Positions 1 through 11,983 of a DNA stretch of 64,000 bases are shown piece after piece. The notes under the pieces were generated by a model. It saw only the letters and a program-made list of their open reading frames with translations, was not told where the DNA came from and ran no database searches. Numbering within the stretch: position 1 is the first letter of the stretch; each line of letters opens with the position of its first letter. The DNA comes from an uncultured Actinomycetota bacterium (GTDB lineage: Bacteria; Actinomycetota; Actinomycetes; JAFAQI01). The stretch is from contig CAVYQE010000001.1 in the NCBI GenBank assembly GCA_963770565.1, positions 640,001-704,000 on the forward strand. The letters are read 5' to 3'. Both the position numbers and the translations under genes were made by a program.

Positions 1-1006
1 CTTCGCGGTGATCCCGATCGGTCCGGTCGTCTCCATCGGCGGTCACCGCAGCCCGCTCCAGATCACCGATTTGCCGGTGGCGGTGCTGTTCATCCTGGCG
101 ATGGCGTCGATCGGTGTTTACGGCATCGTGCTGGCCGGTTGGTCGAGCCAATCGCCGTACCCGTTGCTCGGTGCCCTTCGGTCGGCCGCTCAGGTGATCT
201 CATACGAGGTCGCGATGGGCCTGGCGCTCGCCGGCGTCTTCCTGTACGCCGGGTCGCTGTCGACCAGCCAGATCGTGACGTCGCAGCAGAAGCTCTGGTA
301 CGCCCTGCCACTGATCCCGTCGCTGTTGATGTACCTGATCGCGATGGTCGGCGAGACCAACCGGGCGCCGTTCGACCTGCCGGAGGCCGAGAGCGAGCTG
401 GTGGCCGGCTTCCACACTGAGTACGCCTCGCTGAAGTTCGCGTTGTTCTTCCTCGCGGAGTACGTCAACGTCACCACCGTCTGCGCGCTGGCGACCACCT
501 TGTTCCTCGGTGGCTGGCGGGCGCCGTGGCCGTTGTCGCTGATCGGTCACGACGAGCTGAACCACGGCTGGTGGCCGGTGCTGTGGTTCCTCGGCAAGAT
601 CTTCGTGCTGCTGTTCACCTTCATCTGGCTGCGCGGGACGCTTCCGCGGTTGCGCTACGACCAGTTCATGCGGCTGGGCTGGAAGGTGCTGATCCCGTTC
701 AGCCTGATCTGGCTGCTGATCGTCGCGGCGTTCCGCGAGTTGACCAACCAGGGCCACACCCGGGTGCAGACTCTGGCGTACGTCGGCATCCCGGTCGCTG
801 CCGTGGTCGTGGTCTGGACCTTCGTGTCCGAGTCCCGGGCCAATGCGGCCGCGGCGGATGCGGAGCTGGCCGAGCTCGAGGCGGCCGAGGCGCGCGAGGC
901 GCGGGCCGCGGCCGGGTTGACGTCGTACCCGGTGCCGGCCCTGACCGGCGCGCCTGCGCTGGAGGTCACGGCGATCTCGGACTCGACGGAGGTGCTCGAT
1001 GGCTGA
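1..1006 (+). CDS. nuoH: NADH-quinone oxidoreductase subunit H (5'-truncated by window)
   Basis: ORF 8..1006 with [24 protein letters not shown] and [10 protein letters not shown] motifs. Confidence 0.97.
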   Translation, partial: FAVIPIGPVVSIGGHRSPLQITDLPVAVLFILAMASIGVYGIVLAGWSSQSPYPLLGALRSAAQVISYEVAMGLALAGVFLYAGSLSTSQIVTSQQKLWYALPLIPSLLMYLIAMVGETNRAPFDLPEAESELVAGFHTEYASLKFALFFLAEYVNVTTVCALATTLFLGGWRAPWPLSLIGHDELNHGWWPVLWFLGKIFVLLFTFIWLRGTLPRLRYDQFMRLGWKVLIPFSLIWLLIVAAFRELTNQGHTRVQTLAYVGIPVAAVVVVWTFVSESRANAAAADAELAELEAAEAREARAAAGLTSYPVPALTGAPALEVTAISDSTEVLDG

Positions 1007-1667
1007 CGACGTCAGCTCGAACCCGCCCGAGGAGACCGGGTCGACTTCGGCCGCGGAGATCACTCCCGAGCCAGGTTTGGCATCCACGCCGGAAGCGGTG
1101 ACGCCGGCGCCGATCCCGGCCAAGAAGCCGTCGGCCATCAAGGAGCTGCTCGCGCCGATCGCCGGGTTCGGTGTGACCTTCCGGACCATGCTGACCAAGC
1201 CGGTGACCGAGCAGTATCCCGAGGAGCGGGTACCGACCGAGCCGCGCTACCACGGCCGGCACGTGCTCAACCGGCACGCCGACGGGCTGGAGAAGTGTGT
1301 CGGCTGCGAGCTGTGCGCGTGGGCCTGCCCGGCCGACGCGATCTACGTCGAGGGCGCCGACAACACCGAGGCCGAACGCTTCTCGCCGGGGGAGCGGTAC
1401 GGCAAGGTCTACCAGATCAACTATCTGCGCTGCATCTTCTGCGGGCTGTGCATCGAAGCCTGTCCGACCCGCGCGCTCACCATGTCGAACGAGTACGAGC
1501 TGGCCGACGACAGCCGGATCGACCTGATCTTCACCAAGGACCAACTGCTCGCGCCGTTGACGCCCGAGATGGAGGCGCCGCCGCACCCGATGCGGTTGGG
1601 TAACAGCGAGCAGGCTTACTACAGCGGGCAGCCGGTCGCGCCGTCACCCAAGGACGATCACCGGTGA
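999..1667 (+). CDS. nuoI: NADH-quinone oxidoreductase subunit I
   Basis: Two CxxCxxCxxxCP motifs, YHGRH; operon position. Confidence 0.97.
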   Translation: MADDVSSNPPEETGSTSAAEITPEPGLASTPEAVTPAPIPAKKPSAIKELLAPIAGFGVTFRTMLTKPVTEQYPEERVPTEPRYHGRHVLNRHADGLEKCVGCELCAWACPADAIYVEGADNTEAERFSPGERYGKVYQINYLRCIFCGLCIEACPTRALTMSNEYELADDSRIDLIFTKDQLLAPLTPEMEAPPHPMRLGNSEQAYYSGQPVAPSPKDDHR

Positions 1668-2443
1668 GCGGCGTGCTGCTGGCGGCTGCATCGAGCTCAC
1701 CTCCGCTGCACGAGGCCTTCATCTTCTGGATCCTCGCGCCGATCGCGGTCGGCGCGGCGCTCGGGATGGTCTTTGCCCGCAGTGCCGTGCACGCCGCCCT
1801 GCTGCTTGCGGTCGTGATGCTCTGCCTCGCGGCGTTCTACACCGCCGAGGCGGCGCCGTTCCTTGCCGTCGTACAGGTCGTGGTCTACACCGGCGCGGTC
1901 CTGATGCTGTTCTTGTTCGTGCTGATGCTGATCGGCGTCGACTCGATGGACTCGCTGGTCGAGACGTTGCGCGGCCAACGGCTGGCCGCGTCACTGGTCG
2001 GGCTCGGGTTCGTGGTGCTGCTCGTCGCTGCGCTGGCGACCGCGCTCGCCGGCTTTTCGCCCAAGGGCGTGGGGGCGGCCGAAGCCGGCCAGGGCAACGT
2101 CGGAGGGATCGCGAACCTGCTGTTCAGCCGCTACGTCTTCGCCTTCGAGGCGACCAGCGCCTTGTTGATCACGGCCGGACTCGGTGCGATGGTGCTCGCG
2201 CACCGCGAGCCGAGTGAGACCAAGCAGCGCACCCAGCTCGAGCGGATGCAGGCGCGGACCCAGCGGGGCGGAGCGGGCATGGGACCGCTACCCGGGCCCG
2301 GTGTGTACGCCGACCACGACGCGGTCGACACGCCGGCGCTGCTTCCCGACGGTGCCGTCGCGCCCACGAGCGTCCCCGAGTTCCTCCAGGTGTCGGCCGC
2401 GCGCCCCCACGTCGACACCACCGAGCACGAGTTGGAGCGATGA
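1664..2443 (+). CDS. nuoJ: NADH-quinone oxidoreductase subunit J
   Basis: [19 protein letters not shown] motif; GTGA overlap with nuoI. Confidence 0.96.
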   Translation: MSGVLLAAASSSPPLHEAFIFWILAPIAVGAALGMVFARSAVHAALLLAVVMLCLAAFYTAEAAPFLAVVQVVVYTGAVLMLFLFVLMLIGVDSMDSLVETLRGQRLAASLVGLGFVVLLVAALATALAGFSPKGVGAAEAGQGNVGGIANLLFSRYVFAFEATSALLITAGLGAMVLAHREPSETKQRTQLERMQARTQRGGAGMGPLPGPGVYADHDAVDTPALLPDGAVAPTSVPEFLQVSAARPHVDTTEHELER

Positions 2444-2447
2444 ACAA

Positions 2448-2747
2448 ATGAGCGCCAACTACTACCTCTATCTCTCGGCGGTACTGTTCACCATCGGCGC
2501 GGTCGGCGTGCTCGTCCGTCGCAACGCGATCGTCGTCTTCATGTGCATCGAGCTGATGCTCAACGCGGTCAACCTGACCCTGGTCACCTTCGCCCGCCTC
2601 AACGGCAGCCTCGACGGCCAGATCATCGCGTTCTTCGTGATGGTGGTCGCCGCGGCCGAGGTCGTCATCGGCCTCGCGATCATCATGTCCGTCTTCCGGT
2701 CCCGGCGGTCTGCATCCGTCGACGACGCGAACCTGCTGAAGTACTGA
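2448..2747 (+). CDS. nuoK: NADH-quinone oxidoreductase subunit K
   Basis: ATG 2448; [12 protein letters not shown] and [12 protein letters not shown] motifs; 99 aa. Confidence 0.96.
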   Translation: MSANYYLYLSAVLFTIGAVGVLVRRNAIVVFMCIELMLNAVNLTLVTFARLNGSLDGQIIAFFVMVVAAAEVVIGLAIIMSVFRSRRSASVDDANLLKY

Positions 2748-2757
2748 GACGCCGCCG

Positions 2758-4710
2758 ATGACCCTCGCCTCCGCTCCGGTCGCCACCGTGCACTACGCCA
2801 GTGCAACCGGTGTCTTCGACCTCACCTTCCTGCTGGTGTTGCTGCCAGCGGCGAGTGCGGCCGTGCTGTTGCTGGGCGGGCGGCGGACCAACACCTGGGG
2901 TCACCTGCTGGGGTGCGCGACGCCGATCGCCGCCTTCGTCGTCGCGGTGATCGAGTTCTTCGCGCTGATCGGGCGCGACAACGGGGCCAGCCGCCAGCTC
3001 GACCAGCACCTGTTCAGCTGGGTGCCGGTGGCCGGCTTCCACGTGAATGCGAATGTGCTGCTCGATCCGCTCTCGATCGTCTTCGTCCTGCTCATCACCG
3101 GGGTTGGCTCGCTGATCCACGTCTACTCGGTCGGCTACATGGCCGATGACCCGGACCGGCGTCGCTTCTTCGGCGAGCTCAACCTGTTCGTCGCCGCGAT
3201 GCTGCTGCTCGTGCTGGCCGACAACTACCTGGTCCTGTACGTCGGCTGGGAGGGCGTCGGCCTGGCGTCGTACCTGCTGATCGGGTTCTGGTCGCACAAG
3301 CCGAGCGCCGCGGTGGCCGCGAAGAAGGCGTTCCTGGTCAACCGGGTCGGTGACCTGGGGCTTTCGCTCGCGATCATGTTGATGTTCACCACCTTCGGCA
3401 CGGTGGCCTTCGACGGGGTCTTCAACGGCGCCGGCAGCGGGCGCGCGCACAGCGGCACGATGACCGCGATCGGGCTGCTGTTGCTGCTCGGCGCGTGCGG
3501 CAAGAGCGCCCAGGTCCCGCTTCAGTCCTGGTTGCTCGATGCGATGGAAGGCCCGACCCCGGTCTCGGCGCTGATCCATGCCGCAACGATGGTGACCGCC
3601 GGTGTCTACCTGGTCGCGCGGTCGAACGCGATCTTCGACGTCTCGCCGAACGCCCGCCTGCTGGTCGAGATCGTCGGCGCCGTCACGCTGGTGTTCGGCG
3701 CGATCATCGGCTGCGCCCACGACGACATCAAGAAGGTGCTCGCCGCCTCGACGATGAGCCAGATCGGCTACATGATGCTGGCGGTCGGCATCGGACCGGC
3801 GGCGTACGCGTTCGGGATCCTGCACCTGCTGACGCACGGCTTCTTCAAGGCCAACATGTTCCTGTCGGCCGGCGCGGTGATGCACGGCAACAACGACGAA
3901 GTGAACATGCGGCGCTTCGGCGCCCTGCGCAAGGTCATGCCATGGACCTTCGCCTGCTTCGCCTTCGGCTATCTGGCGATCATCGGGATCATCCCGTTCG
4001 CGGGCTTCTTCTCCAAAGACAAGATCATCGAGGCCGCGCTCGACAAGGGCGGCACCTCGGGTGACATCTTCGGCGCGGTCGCGCTGGCCGGCGCCGGCCT
4101 GACCGCGTTCTACATGACCCGGCTGATGCTGATGACCTTCTTCGGCAACAAGCGCTGGCCGAAGGATGTGCATCCGCACGACGCGCCCAACGTGATGCTG
4201 ATCCCGATGGTGGTGCTCGCGGTCGGATCGCTGGTCTCGGGCTACCTGCTGATCCTGCACGGCGACCTGCAGAAGTTCCTCGCACCGAGCGTCGGAACGC
4301 TCGCCGAGCCCGCCGCACGCCCGCTCTCGGCGACCGCGCTGAGCCTGCTCGCGCTGGCCGTCGTACTCGTGGGCGTCGGGATCGCGTACTGGCGGGTCGG
4401 CAGCCGTCCGGTGCCCGCCGAGCCGCCCACGCACGTCACGCCGGTGACGGTGGCGGCGCGCCGATCACTGCTCGGCGACGCACTCAACGAAGCAGTGTTC
4501 ATGCGGCCCGGGCAGTACCTCACCAGGTTGCTGGTCTTCTTCGACTACCGCGGCGTCGACGGGCTGATCAACGGCTTCGCGGCTGGCGTCGGCGGGACCA
4601 GCGCGCGGGTCCGCCGGGTGCAGACCGGCTTCGTGCGTTCCTACGCGCTGTCGATGCTGGCCGGCGCGCTCGCGATCGCCGCCACCCTCGTCCTCGTCCG
4701 GGTCGGGTGA
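2758..4710 (+). CDS. nuoL: NADH-quinone oxidoreductase subunit L
   Basis: [32 protein letters not shown]. Confidence 0.98.
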   Translation: MTLASAPVATVHYASATGVFDLTFLLVLLPAASAAVLLLGGRRTNTWGHLLGCATPIAAFVVAVIEFFALIGRDNGASRQLDQHLFSWVPVAGFHVNANVLLDPLSIVFVLLITGVGSLIHVYSVGYMADDPDRRRFFGELNLFVAAMLLLVLADNYLVLYVGWEGVGLASYLLIGFWSHKPSAAVAAKKAFLVNRVGDLGLSLAIMLMFTTFGTVAFDGVFNGAGSGRAHSGTMTAIGLLLLLGACGKSAQVPLQSWLLDAMEGPTPVSALIHAATMVTAGVYLVARSNAIFDVSPNARLLVEIVGAVTLVFGAIIGCAHDDIKKVLAASTMSQIGYMMLAVGIGPAAYAFGILHLLTHGFFKANMFLSAGAVMHGNNDEVNMRRFGALRKVMPWTFACFAFGYLAIIGIIPFAGFFSKDKIIEAALDKGGTSGDIFGAVALAGAGLTAFYMTRLMLMTFFGNKRWPKDVHPHDAPNVMLIPMVVLAVGSLVSGYLLILHGDLQKFLAPSVGTLAEPAARPLSATALSLLALAVVLVGVGIAYWRVGSRPVPAEPPTHVTPVTVAARRSLLGDALNEAVFMRPGQYLTRLLVFFDYRGVDGLINGFAAGVGGTSARVRRVQTGFVRSYALSMLAGALAIAATLVLVRVG

Positions 4711-6410
4711 TCGCGATGCACACCGGGTTCCCGTGGGTGACCGTGATCGGAGCGCTGCCGCTGGTCGGCGTGTTCGGCATCATCGCGCTGCCGAAGGCGC
4801 GCGAAGAGCTAGCCAAGATCATCGCGTTGGTCGCATCGCTCGTCGCGATGGTGGCGTCGATCATCATGGCGTTCGCCTACAACACCGGCGGCGCGCGCTT
4901 CCAGTTCACCCAGGACTACAACTGGATCAAGGCGTTCGGCGCGCACTACGCGGTCGGGGTCGACGGCATCGCGCTCGCGTTGATCCTGATGACGACGGTG
5001 CTGACGCCGGTCTGCATCCTCGCGTCCTGGCACGACGCAGACCGTGGCGAGGACGCCGACCCCGAGGCCACCGGTGGGCGCGGGCCGCGGCTGTTCTTCG
5101 CGCTGCTGCTCGCGACCGAGACGCTGGTGATCGGTGTCTTCGGAGCGCTCGACGTTTTCTTCTTCTACGTGCTGTTCGAGGCAATGCTCATCCCGATGTA
5201 TTTCCTGATCGGCTCGTTCGGCGGCGCGCGCCGCTCGTACGCCGCGGTGAAGTTCTTGCTCTACTCCCTCGCCGGCGGCCTGCTGATGCTGGTCGCGGTG
5301 ATCGCGCTCTACGTCGTGTCGATCCACCAGCTCGGCACCGGGACGTTCGACTACCGCGTGCTGATCTCGCAGCTGCACATCTCGCACGGCGAGCAGGTCG
5401 CGCTGTTCCTCGGCTTCTTCATCGCGTTCGCGATCAAGGCGCCGCTCTGGCCGTTCCACACCTGGCTGCCGGACGCGGCGAGCGAGGCGCCGACCGGCAC
5501 CGCGGTCATGCTCGTCGGCGTGCTCGACAAGGTCGGCACGTTCGGGTTCCTGCGGTTCTGCATCCCGCTCTTCCCGTACGCGTCGAAGTTGCTCGCGCCG
5601 TACATCCTCGGGTTGTGCGTGACCGGCATCCTGTACGGCGCGTTGCTCGCGGTCGGGCAGCGCGACATGAAGCGCCTGGTCGCGTACTCGTCCGTGTCGC
5701 ACTTCGGCTTCATCGCCCTCGGTGTGTTCGCCTTCACCACCCAGGGCGGCTCCGGCGCGACGCTCTACATGGTCAACCACGGGTTCTCGACCGGTGCGTT
5801 GTTCATCGTGGTCGGTTTCCTGGCCTCGCGGCGTGGCTCGCGCCTGGTCGACGACTTCGGCGGGGTAGCGAAGGTCGCGCCGTGGCTGGGTGCGATGGTG
5901 CTGGTCGCCGGGCTGTCGGCGCTCGCACTGCCGGGCCTGTCGACGTTCGTCAGCGAGTTCCTCGTCCTGCTTGGCACCTTCACCACGCACCGGTGGTTCG
6001 CGGTGATCGGCACGTTTGGGATCATCCTGGCCGCGGTGTACGTGCTCTGGATGGTGCAACGGACGATCCATGGCCCGGTGGCGGCCGCGGTCGAAGGCTT
6101 CAAGGACCTCAGCTTCCGCGAGGCCTGGGTAATCGCACCGTTGATGGTCGTGATCGTCGGCCTCGGCATCTACCCGAAGCCGCTGCTCGACATCATCAAC
6201 CCGTCGGTGCAACAGACGAACGCAGTGGTGCGCGACCACGACCCGACGCCGCCGGTGTTCGAGCAGTCAGCCACTAACAGTGTCTGCCCACCGGGAACCA
6301 CTCAGGTGGTACGCACGGTCGGGCTGCGGAGCTATGCCGGGTCCTCGAATACCCCCTTGCCTCGGTTGATCAAGCTCTCGTCCGGACTGATCTGCGGGAG
6401 CAGCAAGTGA
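4707..6410 (+). CDS. nuoM: NADH-quinone oxidoreductase subunit M
   Basis: [26 protein letters not shown]; start may be ATG 4716. Confidence 0.97.
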   Translation: MIAMHTGFPWVTVIGALPLVGVFGIIALPKAREELAKIIALVASLVAMVASIIMAFAYNTGGARFQFTQDYNWIKAFGAHYAVGVDGIALALILMTTVLTPVCILASWHDADRGEDADPEATGGRGPRLFFALLLATETLVIGVFGALDVFFFYVLFEAMLIPMYFLIGSFGGARRSYAAVKFLLYSLAGGLLMLVAVIALYVVSIHQLGTGTFDYRVLISQLHISHGEQVALFLGFFIAFAIKAPLWPFHTWLPDAASEAPTGTAVMLVGVLDKVGTFGFLRFCIPLFPYASKLLAPYILGLCVTGILYGALLAVGQRDMKRLVAYSSVSHFGFIALGVFAFTTQGGSGATLYMVNHGFSTGALFIVVGFLASRRGSRLVDDFGGVAKVAPWLGAMVLVAGLSALALPGLSTFVSEFLVLLGTFTTHRWFAVIGTFGIILAAVYVLWMVQRTIHGPVAAAVEGFKDLSFREAWVIAPLMVVIVGLGIYPKPLLDIINPSVQQTNAVVRDHDPTPPVFEQSATNSVCPPGTTQVVRTVGLRSYAGSSNTPLPRLIKLSSGLICGSSK

Positions 6411-7942
6411 GCGACTTCCACTCCCCGTCGATCGCGTATCACGCGCTGATGCCGATCATCATCCCGGCCGGCGCGGCCACGGTCGGTGTCCTGGTGGACG
6501 CGTTCGTGCCGGCGGTTGCGCGCTGGCGTGCGCAGGTGACGGTGGCGATGCTCGGCCTGCTCGGCGCCTTGGTCGCGACCGCGGCGCTCGCCGGCGACCA
6601 TCTCGTCACGGCTGGTACGGCGATCAGCGTCGACGGCCCGACCTTGTTCCTGCAGGGGACGATCGCCGTACTCGGCATCGGCAGCATCCTGCTGGTCGCC
6701 GACCGATCGCCGTCGATGGACGGGGGAGCGTTCGTTGCGCAGGCCTCGACCACGCCGGGATCGCCGGAGGAGCGTTCCGACAGCATCGGCGGCCGGGTGC
6801 AGACCGAGGTGTTCCCACTGATGATGTTCGCGGTCACCGGGATGATGCTGTTCCCCGCGTCCAACGACCTGCTGATCCTGTTCGTCGCACTCGAGGTGCT
6901 CTCGCTCCCGCTGTACATCCTGTGCGGGCTGGCCCGACGGCGCCGGTTGCTGAGCCAGGAAGCTGCGGTCAAGTACTTCCTGCTCGGCGCGTTCTCGTCG
7001 GCCTTCTTCCTCTACGGGTTGGCGTTGCTCTACGGCTACGCCAACACGGTGTCGCTGAGCGGCATCCAGGCCGCCACGGTGACCGGCGCGCACAGCGACA
7101 CGCTGCTGTTCCTGGGGCTCGCGCTGCTCTCGGTCGGTCTGCTGTTCAAGATCGGCGCCGCACCGTTCCAGTCGTGGGTCCCCGACGTCTACCAGGGCGC
7201 GCCGACCCCGATCACCGCGTTCATGGCGTCGGCGACCAAGGTGGCCGGCTTCGGGGCGTTGCTCCGGGTCTTCTACGTCGCCTTCGGCGGGCTCGGCTGG
7301 GAGTGGCGACCGGTCGCGTGGGGCGTCGCGATCCTGACCATGATCGTCGGGTCGGTCTTCGCGGTGACCCAGACCGACGTCAAGCGGATGCTCGCGTACT
7401 CCTCGGTCGCGCACGCCGGCTTCATCCTGATCGGCGTGATCGCACTCAACAAGGCCGGGCTGTCCGGCGCGATGTTCTACCTCGTGACGTACGGCGTGAC
7501 GACGATCGGCTCGTTCGGAATCCTGACCCTGGTGCGGGACCCGGACGGCGAGGCCACGCATCTCTCGCGCTGGGCCGGCCTGGGTCGCCGTTCGCCGCTG
7601 GTCGCCAGCGTGTTCGCGCTGTTCCTGTTGGCGCTCGCCGGCATCCCGCTGACCTCCGGCTTCACCGGCAAGTTCGCGGTCTTCTCGGCCGGGGTGGCCG
7701 GTGGGGCGACCCCGCTGGTGGTCGTCGGTGTGATCACCAGCGCGATGGCGGCCTTCTTCTACGTTCGCGTGATCGTGATGATGTTCTTCGCCGAGCCGCT
7801 TGCAGACGGGCCGATCGTCGTGACGCCGGGTGGCGGCACTGCGAGCGCGCTCGCGCTCGCGGTAGCGGCTACCGTGGTGCTCGGGGTGTTTCCGCAGCCG
7901 TTGCTGAACCTTGCCAACCACGCCCTGCCGTTCTATCACTGA
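6407..7942 (+). CDS. nuoN: NADH-quinone oxidoreductase subunit N
   Basis: FKIGAAPFQSWVPDVYQGAPTP, KRMLAYSSVAHAG. Confidence 0.97.
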   Translation: MSDFHSPSIAYHALMPIIIPAGAATVGVLVDAFVPAVARWRAQVTVAMLGLLGALVATAALAGDHLVTAGTAISVDGPTLFLQGTIAVLGIGSILLVADRSPSMDGGAFVAQASTTPGSPEERSDSIGGRVQTEVFPLMMFAVTGMMLFPASNDLLILFVALEVLSLPLYILCGLARRRRLLSQEAAVKYFLLGAFSSAFFLYGLALLYGYANTVSLSGIQAATVTGAHSDTLLFLGLALLSVGLLFKIGAAPFQSWVPDVYQGAPTPITAFMASATKVAGFGALLRVFYVAFGGLGWEWRPVAWGVAILTMIVGSVFAVTQTDVKRMLAYSSVAHAGFILIGVIALNKAGLSGAMFYLVTYGVTTIGSFGILTLVRDPDGEATHLSRWAGLGRRSPLVASVFALFLLALAGIPLTSGFTGKFAVFSAGVAGGATPLVVVGVITSAMAAFFYVRVIVMMFFAEPLADGPIVVTPGGGTASALALAVAATVVLGVFPQPLLNLANHALPFYH

Positions 7943-7978
7943 GACCGCGCGGATCGGCCGATCTGAGGAGGCGTCGGG

Positions 7979-8974
7979 ATGTCGTCGATGAGCACCCTCG
8001 GCCTCACCATCGACCCTGCGCTCGAGGTCGTCATCGGCGAAGGGTTGGCCGCGGTCGAGTCCATGCTGCGCGACGAGGTGAAGTCGGCGGACGACTTCGT
8101 CAGCGAGGCTGCCTCGCACCTGGTCGCGGCCGGTGGCAAGCGTTTCCGGCCGCTGGTCTCGTTGCTCGCGGCGCAGTTCGGCGACCCGGCGGCACCGGGT
8201 GTCGTACCGGCCGCGGTGGTGGTCGAGCTGACCCACCTCGCGACGCTGTATCACGACGACGTCATGGACGAGGCGACCCTTCGCCGCGGCGCCGACTCGG
8301 TCAACTCGCGGTGGGGCAACTCGATCGCAATTCTGGTCGGCGACTTCCTGTTCGCCCGCGCGTCCGACATCCTGGCCGACCTCGGGCCGGAGGCCGTGCG
8401 GTTGCAGGCCCGGACCTTCGAGCGGCTCGTCCACGGCCAGATTCGCGAGACGGTCGGGCCGGCCGAGGACGACGACCCGGTGGAGCACTACCTGCGCGTG
8501 CTGGTCGACAAGACCGGCTCGCTGATCGGCACCTCGGCTCGGTTCGGGGCGATGCTGTCCGGCGCCTCGGCGGCCGAGACCGAGCTGCTCACGCAGTGGG
8601 GCGAGCGGATCGGTGTCGCGTTCCAGCTCTCCGACGACCTGCTCGACGTCGCGGCCGACCCGGCGGCACTCGGGAAGGTGCCGGGCACCGACCTGCGCGA
8701 GGGGGTGCCGACGCTTCCGGTGTTGATGCTTCGCCGGACCGGCCGGGCCGAGGACGCCGCGCTGGTCGGGGCGCTCGACGGCGATCTGTCCGACGACGCC
8801 GCGCTGGCCGGGGTGCTCGCGCAGCTACGCGATCACCCGGTGATGGCAGAGGCGCGCGAGGTCACGGCGCGCTGGGCCGAGGATGCGCGCGCCACGCTGG
8901 CCTCGCTTCCCGACACGAGCGTCAAGGCGGCGCTCGAGTCGCTGTGCAGCTTCGTGGTCTCCCGCAGCGCCTAG
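7979..8974 (+). CDS. Polyprenyl diphosphate synthase
   Basis: GGKRFRP, LYHDDVMD, FQLSDDLLD aspartate-rich motifs. Confidence 0.95.
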   Translation: MSSMSTLGLTIDPALEVVIGEGLAAVESMLRDEVKSADDFVSEAASHLVAAGGKRFRPLVSLLAAQFGDPAAPGVVPAAVVVELTHLATLYHDDVMDEATLRRGADSVNSRWGNSIAILVGDFLFARASDILADLGPEAVRLQARTFERLVHGQIRETVGPAEDDDPVEHYLRVLVDKTGSLIGTSARFGAMLSGASAAETELLTQWGERIGVAFQLSDDLLDVAADPAALGKVPGTDLREGVPTLPVLMLRRTGRAEDAALVGALDGDLSDDAALAGVLAQLRDHPVMAEAREVTARWAEDARATLASLPDTSVKAALESLCSFVVSRSA

Positions 8975-8983
8975 CGCAGGCTC

Positions 8984-9535
8984 CTAGCCGACCCGGGTCA
9001 GGGTCGGCACCCAGAAGCGGAGCTTGCCGCCACGTTCGTCCTCGAGGACGCCGCCGGCCGACTCGATCACCGTCCGCGATCCGACGTTGTCGACGTCGCA
9101 GGTGAGCAGGGCCGAGTCGATGCCGAGCGCACGGGCCTCGGGAAGCACCAGCCGCAGCATCGCGGTCGCGTGCCCGTTGCGCCGGGCGCTGGGCCGGACG
9201 TCGTACCCGATATGGCCGCCGACCTCGAGCAGGTGGTCGGTCAGCCGGTGCCGCAGCGCGATCCGGCCGAGGTAGTCCAAGCCGTCGACGTACCACCAGG
9301 TCGTGCTGGGGACATAGCCCGCCGAGCGGGGCGTCTCTTCGAGCGAGTCTGCCCGTAGCGCCGAGACGTACGCCGTGAAGCCGGCCGCAGACTCCCAGGT
9401 CGCCCCGAACTTGCGGTACTCGGTACCGATCATCGAGTTGTCGTCCGGTCCGCCCCGGCCCTCGGCGCGGTACTCCGCCATCGCGGCGAGGAAGGATCTC
9501 TGCACCGCAGTCGTCGGCAGCGCCAGGTCAGGCAT
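8984..9535 (-). CDS. GNAT family N-acetyltransferase
   Basis: GGHIGYDVRPSARRNGHAT acetyl-CoA motif; NVGSRTVIESAGG. Confidence 0.88.
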   Translation of the reverse strand: MPDLALPTTAVQRSFLAAMAEYRAEGRGGPDDNSMIGTEYRKFGATWESAAGFTAYVSALRADSLEETPRSAGYVPSTTWWYVDGLDYLGRIALRHRLTDHLLEVGGHIGYDVRPSARRNGHATAMLRLVLPEARALGIDSALLTCDVDNVGSRTVIESAGGVLEDERGGKLRFWVPTLTRVG

Positions 9536-9649
9536 GCCTCAAGTGAAACAGCCCGGCGCAACGTTTTTTCCGGTTTCTTCTTGTCGCAGGGCATGCATAG
9601 GGTGGGCACCGCACCGCACCGGAAAGGACCCGTACGTCCAGGAGGCATC

Positions 9650-10210
9650 ATGACAACGCTCGCCGATCGACCGAACACCGCGCTTCTCATCGTCGATGTG
9701 CAGAACGGCGCGGTGGGCAATGCCCACGAGCGGGACAAGGTGGTCGCCAACATCGCGACGCTGGTGGACTCGGCCCGCGCGGCCGACGTCGATGTGGTCT
9801 GGGTCCAGCACAACGATGACGACATGCCGCGCGACAGCGAGAAGTGGCAGTACGTGCCTGAGCTCGTGCGCGACGAGTCCGAGGCGTTGGTGCACAAGTC
9901 CTACGGCGACTCGTTCGAGGACACCGACCTCGAGTCCGTGCTGGCGACTCGTAAGGTCGGCCGGCTGGTCGTCGCCGGCGCGCAGACCGACGCCTGCATC
10001 CTCGCGACCCTGCACGGCGCGATGGTGCGCGGCTACGACACGACGCTGGTCGGCGATGCGCACACCACCGAGGACTTCACGGAGTACGGCGCCCCCTCAC
10101 CCGACAAGGTGATCGCCCACACCAACATGTACTGGCACTACCACTCCGCTCCCGGCCGGGCCGGTGGCACCGTCGACACCGCCGACGTCGACTTCGCCGC
10201 GAGCGGTTGA
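9650..10210 (+). CDS. Isochorismatase-family cysteine hydrolase
   Basis: ALLIVDVQN, K-S-F, GAQTDAC motifs; GGAGG before ATG 9650. Confidence 0.9.
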   Translation: MTTLADRPNTALLIVDVQNGAVGNAHERDKVVANIATLVDSARAADVDVVWVQHNDDDMPRDSEKWQYVPELVRDESEALVHKSYGDSFEDTDLESVLATRKVGRLVVAGAQTDACILATLHGAMVRGYDTTLVGDAHTTEDFTEYGAPSPDKVIAHTNMYWHYHSAPGRAGGTVDTADVDFAASG

Positions 10211-11926
10211 TCAGGCGTCGAGGAGCGAGATCGGGATCTCCATGTAGCGGGCCCGCAGCCATTCGCCGAGACCTTTCGCCTGCGGGTCCTGCCGGGTCGA
10301 GGAGGCGACCCCCTCGCCGAGCAGGCCGGGCACGACGAAGTTGAGGGCGCGCAGGTTCGGCAACTCGTAGCGCACCACGTCGAGGGCGGCGGTCTCCGGC
10401 AATAGGTACTTGAAGCACTCGACGTCGAACTCGTGCTCGAGCCAGTGATACGCGGCGTCGGTCGCCACCCACAAGCCCACGTTGGCGTCGCCGCCCTTGT
10501 CGCCGCTGCGCGCTCCGACGATCGATCCGAGTGGCACCCGCCAGATCGGTCCCCAGTCCTCGGGCGGCTCGGGGATCGAGCGCCGCGCAGCCGGGCGAGC
10601 CCCTTCGCCTGGCGCGGTCTCGATCTCGATGACCGTGCCGTCCTCGGTCACGACCCGGTGCTCGACGAGCGAGTTCGGCAGGTAGACGGCCTGGTAGACG
10701 CCGTATGGGGTGGCGTCGCCGGGCGGCGCGGTCATCGTCGCCCCGGGGTAGCTGGCCAGGGCGATCTCGACCGCAGCACCGGAGAAGGCGCGGCCGATCC
10801 GGGTCGTGTCGCTGTCCTTGACCGACACAGTCAGCCGGGCGACCGCCTGCTCGTTGGCGTCGGCGTCGTCACGATCGGTGCGGGCCAGCGACCACTCGAC
10901 CGATCCGACACCGTCGAGGCCGGGCTCGAGCTGCCGCCTGACCAGCTCGGCCTTCGCGTCGATGTCGAGCCCGGTGAGCAGGAAGGTCATCGAGTTGCGG
11001 AACCCGCCTACCGTGTTCACCGCAACCTTGGCCTGGTCCGGCGGGGCAGTACCGACCACACCGTGGATCTGGACCCGGTCATCGCCGAGGTCGGTGAGCT
11101 CGATCGTGCCGAAGTCGGCCGACACGTCGGGGTTCAGGTAGACCGGCGGCCCGATCTCGTAGAGCAACTGCGCGGTAACGGTGCCGACATCGACGAGTCC
11201 GCCGGCGCCGGCGTGCTTGCTGATGATCGCGGAGCCGTCGGCGTCGATCTCGGCGATCGGGAAGCCGACATGTTCGATGCCGGGTACGTCGGTGAAGAAC
11301 GAGTAGTTGCCGCCGGTCGCCTGCGCGCCGCATTCGAGCACGTGCCCGGCGACCAGCGCGCCGGCCAGCGCGTCGTACTCGTCCCGGGCCCAGCCGTGCC
11401 ACCACGCCGCCGGGCCGATCACGAGCGCCGCGTCGGTGACCCGGCCGGTCACGACGACCTGCGCACCGCTGTCGAGTGCGGCGGCGATGCCCCACCCGCC
11501 GAGGTAGGCGTTCGCGGTAATCGCAGTCTCCGGCAGTTCGACGCCTCCGGCCGCGAGCGCCTCGCGCCGGGGCAGCAGGTCGTCACCCTCGACGTGCGCG
11601 ACATTGACCCTCAGGCCGAGCTTGCCGGCGATCTCGCGCACCGCGGTCGCGCAGCCGGCCGGGTTCAGTCCGCCCGCGTTCGCGACGATCCGCACGCCCT
11701 GCTCCCAGGCCAGCCCCAGACAGTCCTCGAGCTGGCGGACGAACGTCGTCGCGTAGCCGCGGCTGGGGTCCTTGGCCGCCGAGCGCCACAGCAGCAGCAT
11801 CGTCAGCTCGGCCAGGTAGTCGCCGGTGAGCACGTCGAGCTCGCCGCCTTCGAGCATCTCGCGCATCGCGGCGAACCGGTCGCCGTAGAAGCCGGAGCAG
11901 TTGCCGATCCGGATGGGCCTGGCCAT
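10211..11926 (-). CDS. Acyclic terpene utilization AtuA-family protein
   Basis: IRIGNCSGFYGDR, GDYLAELT, ARSGDKGGDANVG, DPQAKGLGE. Confidence 0.9.
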   Translation of the reverse strand: MARPIRIGNCSGFYGDRFAAMREMLEGGELDVLTGDYLAELTMLLLWRSAAKDPSRGYATTFVRQLEDCLGLAWEQGVRIVANAGGLNPAGCATAVREIAGKLGLRVNVAHVEGDDLLPRREALAAGGVELPETAITANAYLGGWGIAAALDSGAQVVVTGRVTDAALVIGPAAWWHGWARDEYDALAGALVAGHVLECGAQATGGNYSFFTDVPGIEHVGFPIAEIDADGSAIISKHAGAGGLVDVGTVTAQLLYEIGPPVYLNPDVSADFGTIELTDLGDDRVQIHGVVGTAPPDQAKVAVNTVGGFRNSMTFLLTGLDIDAKAELVRRQLEPGLDGVGSVEWSLARTDRDDADANEQAVARLTVSVKDSDTTRIGRAFSGAAVEIALASYPGATMTAPPGDATPYGVYQAVYLPNSLVEHRVVTEDGTVIEIETAPGEGARPAARRSIPEPPEDWGPIWRVPLGSIVGARSGDKGGDANVGLWVATDAAYHWLEHEFDVECFKYLLPETAALDVVRYELPNLRALNFVVPGLLGEGVASSTRQDPQAKGLGEWLRARYMEIPISLLDA

Positions 11927-11983
11927 GACCGCGACGCTACCGCGCGGCCGTCGGCGGCTCCGTCACCGCAATAGAGTCCTGCC

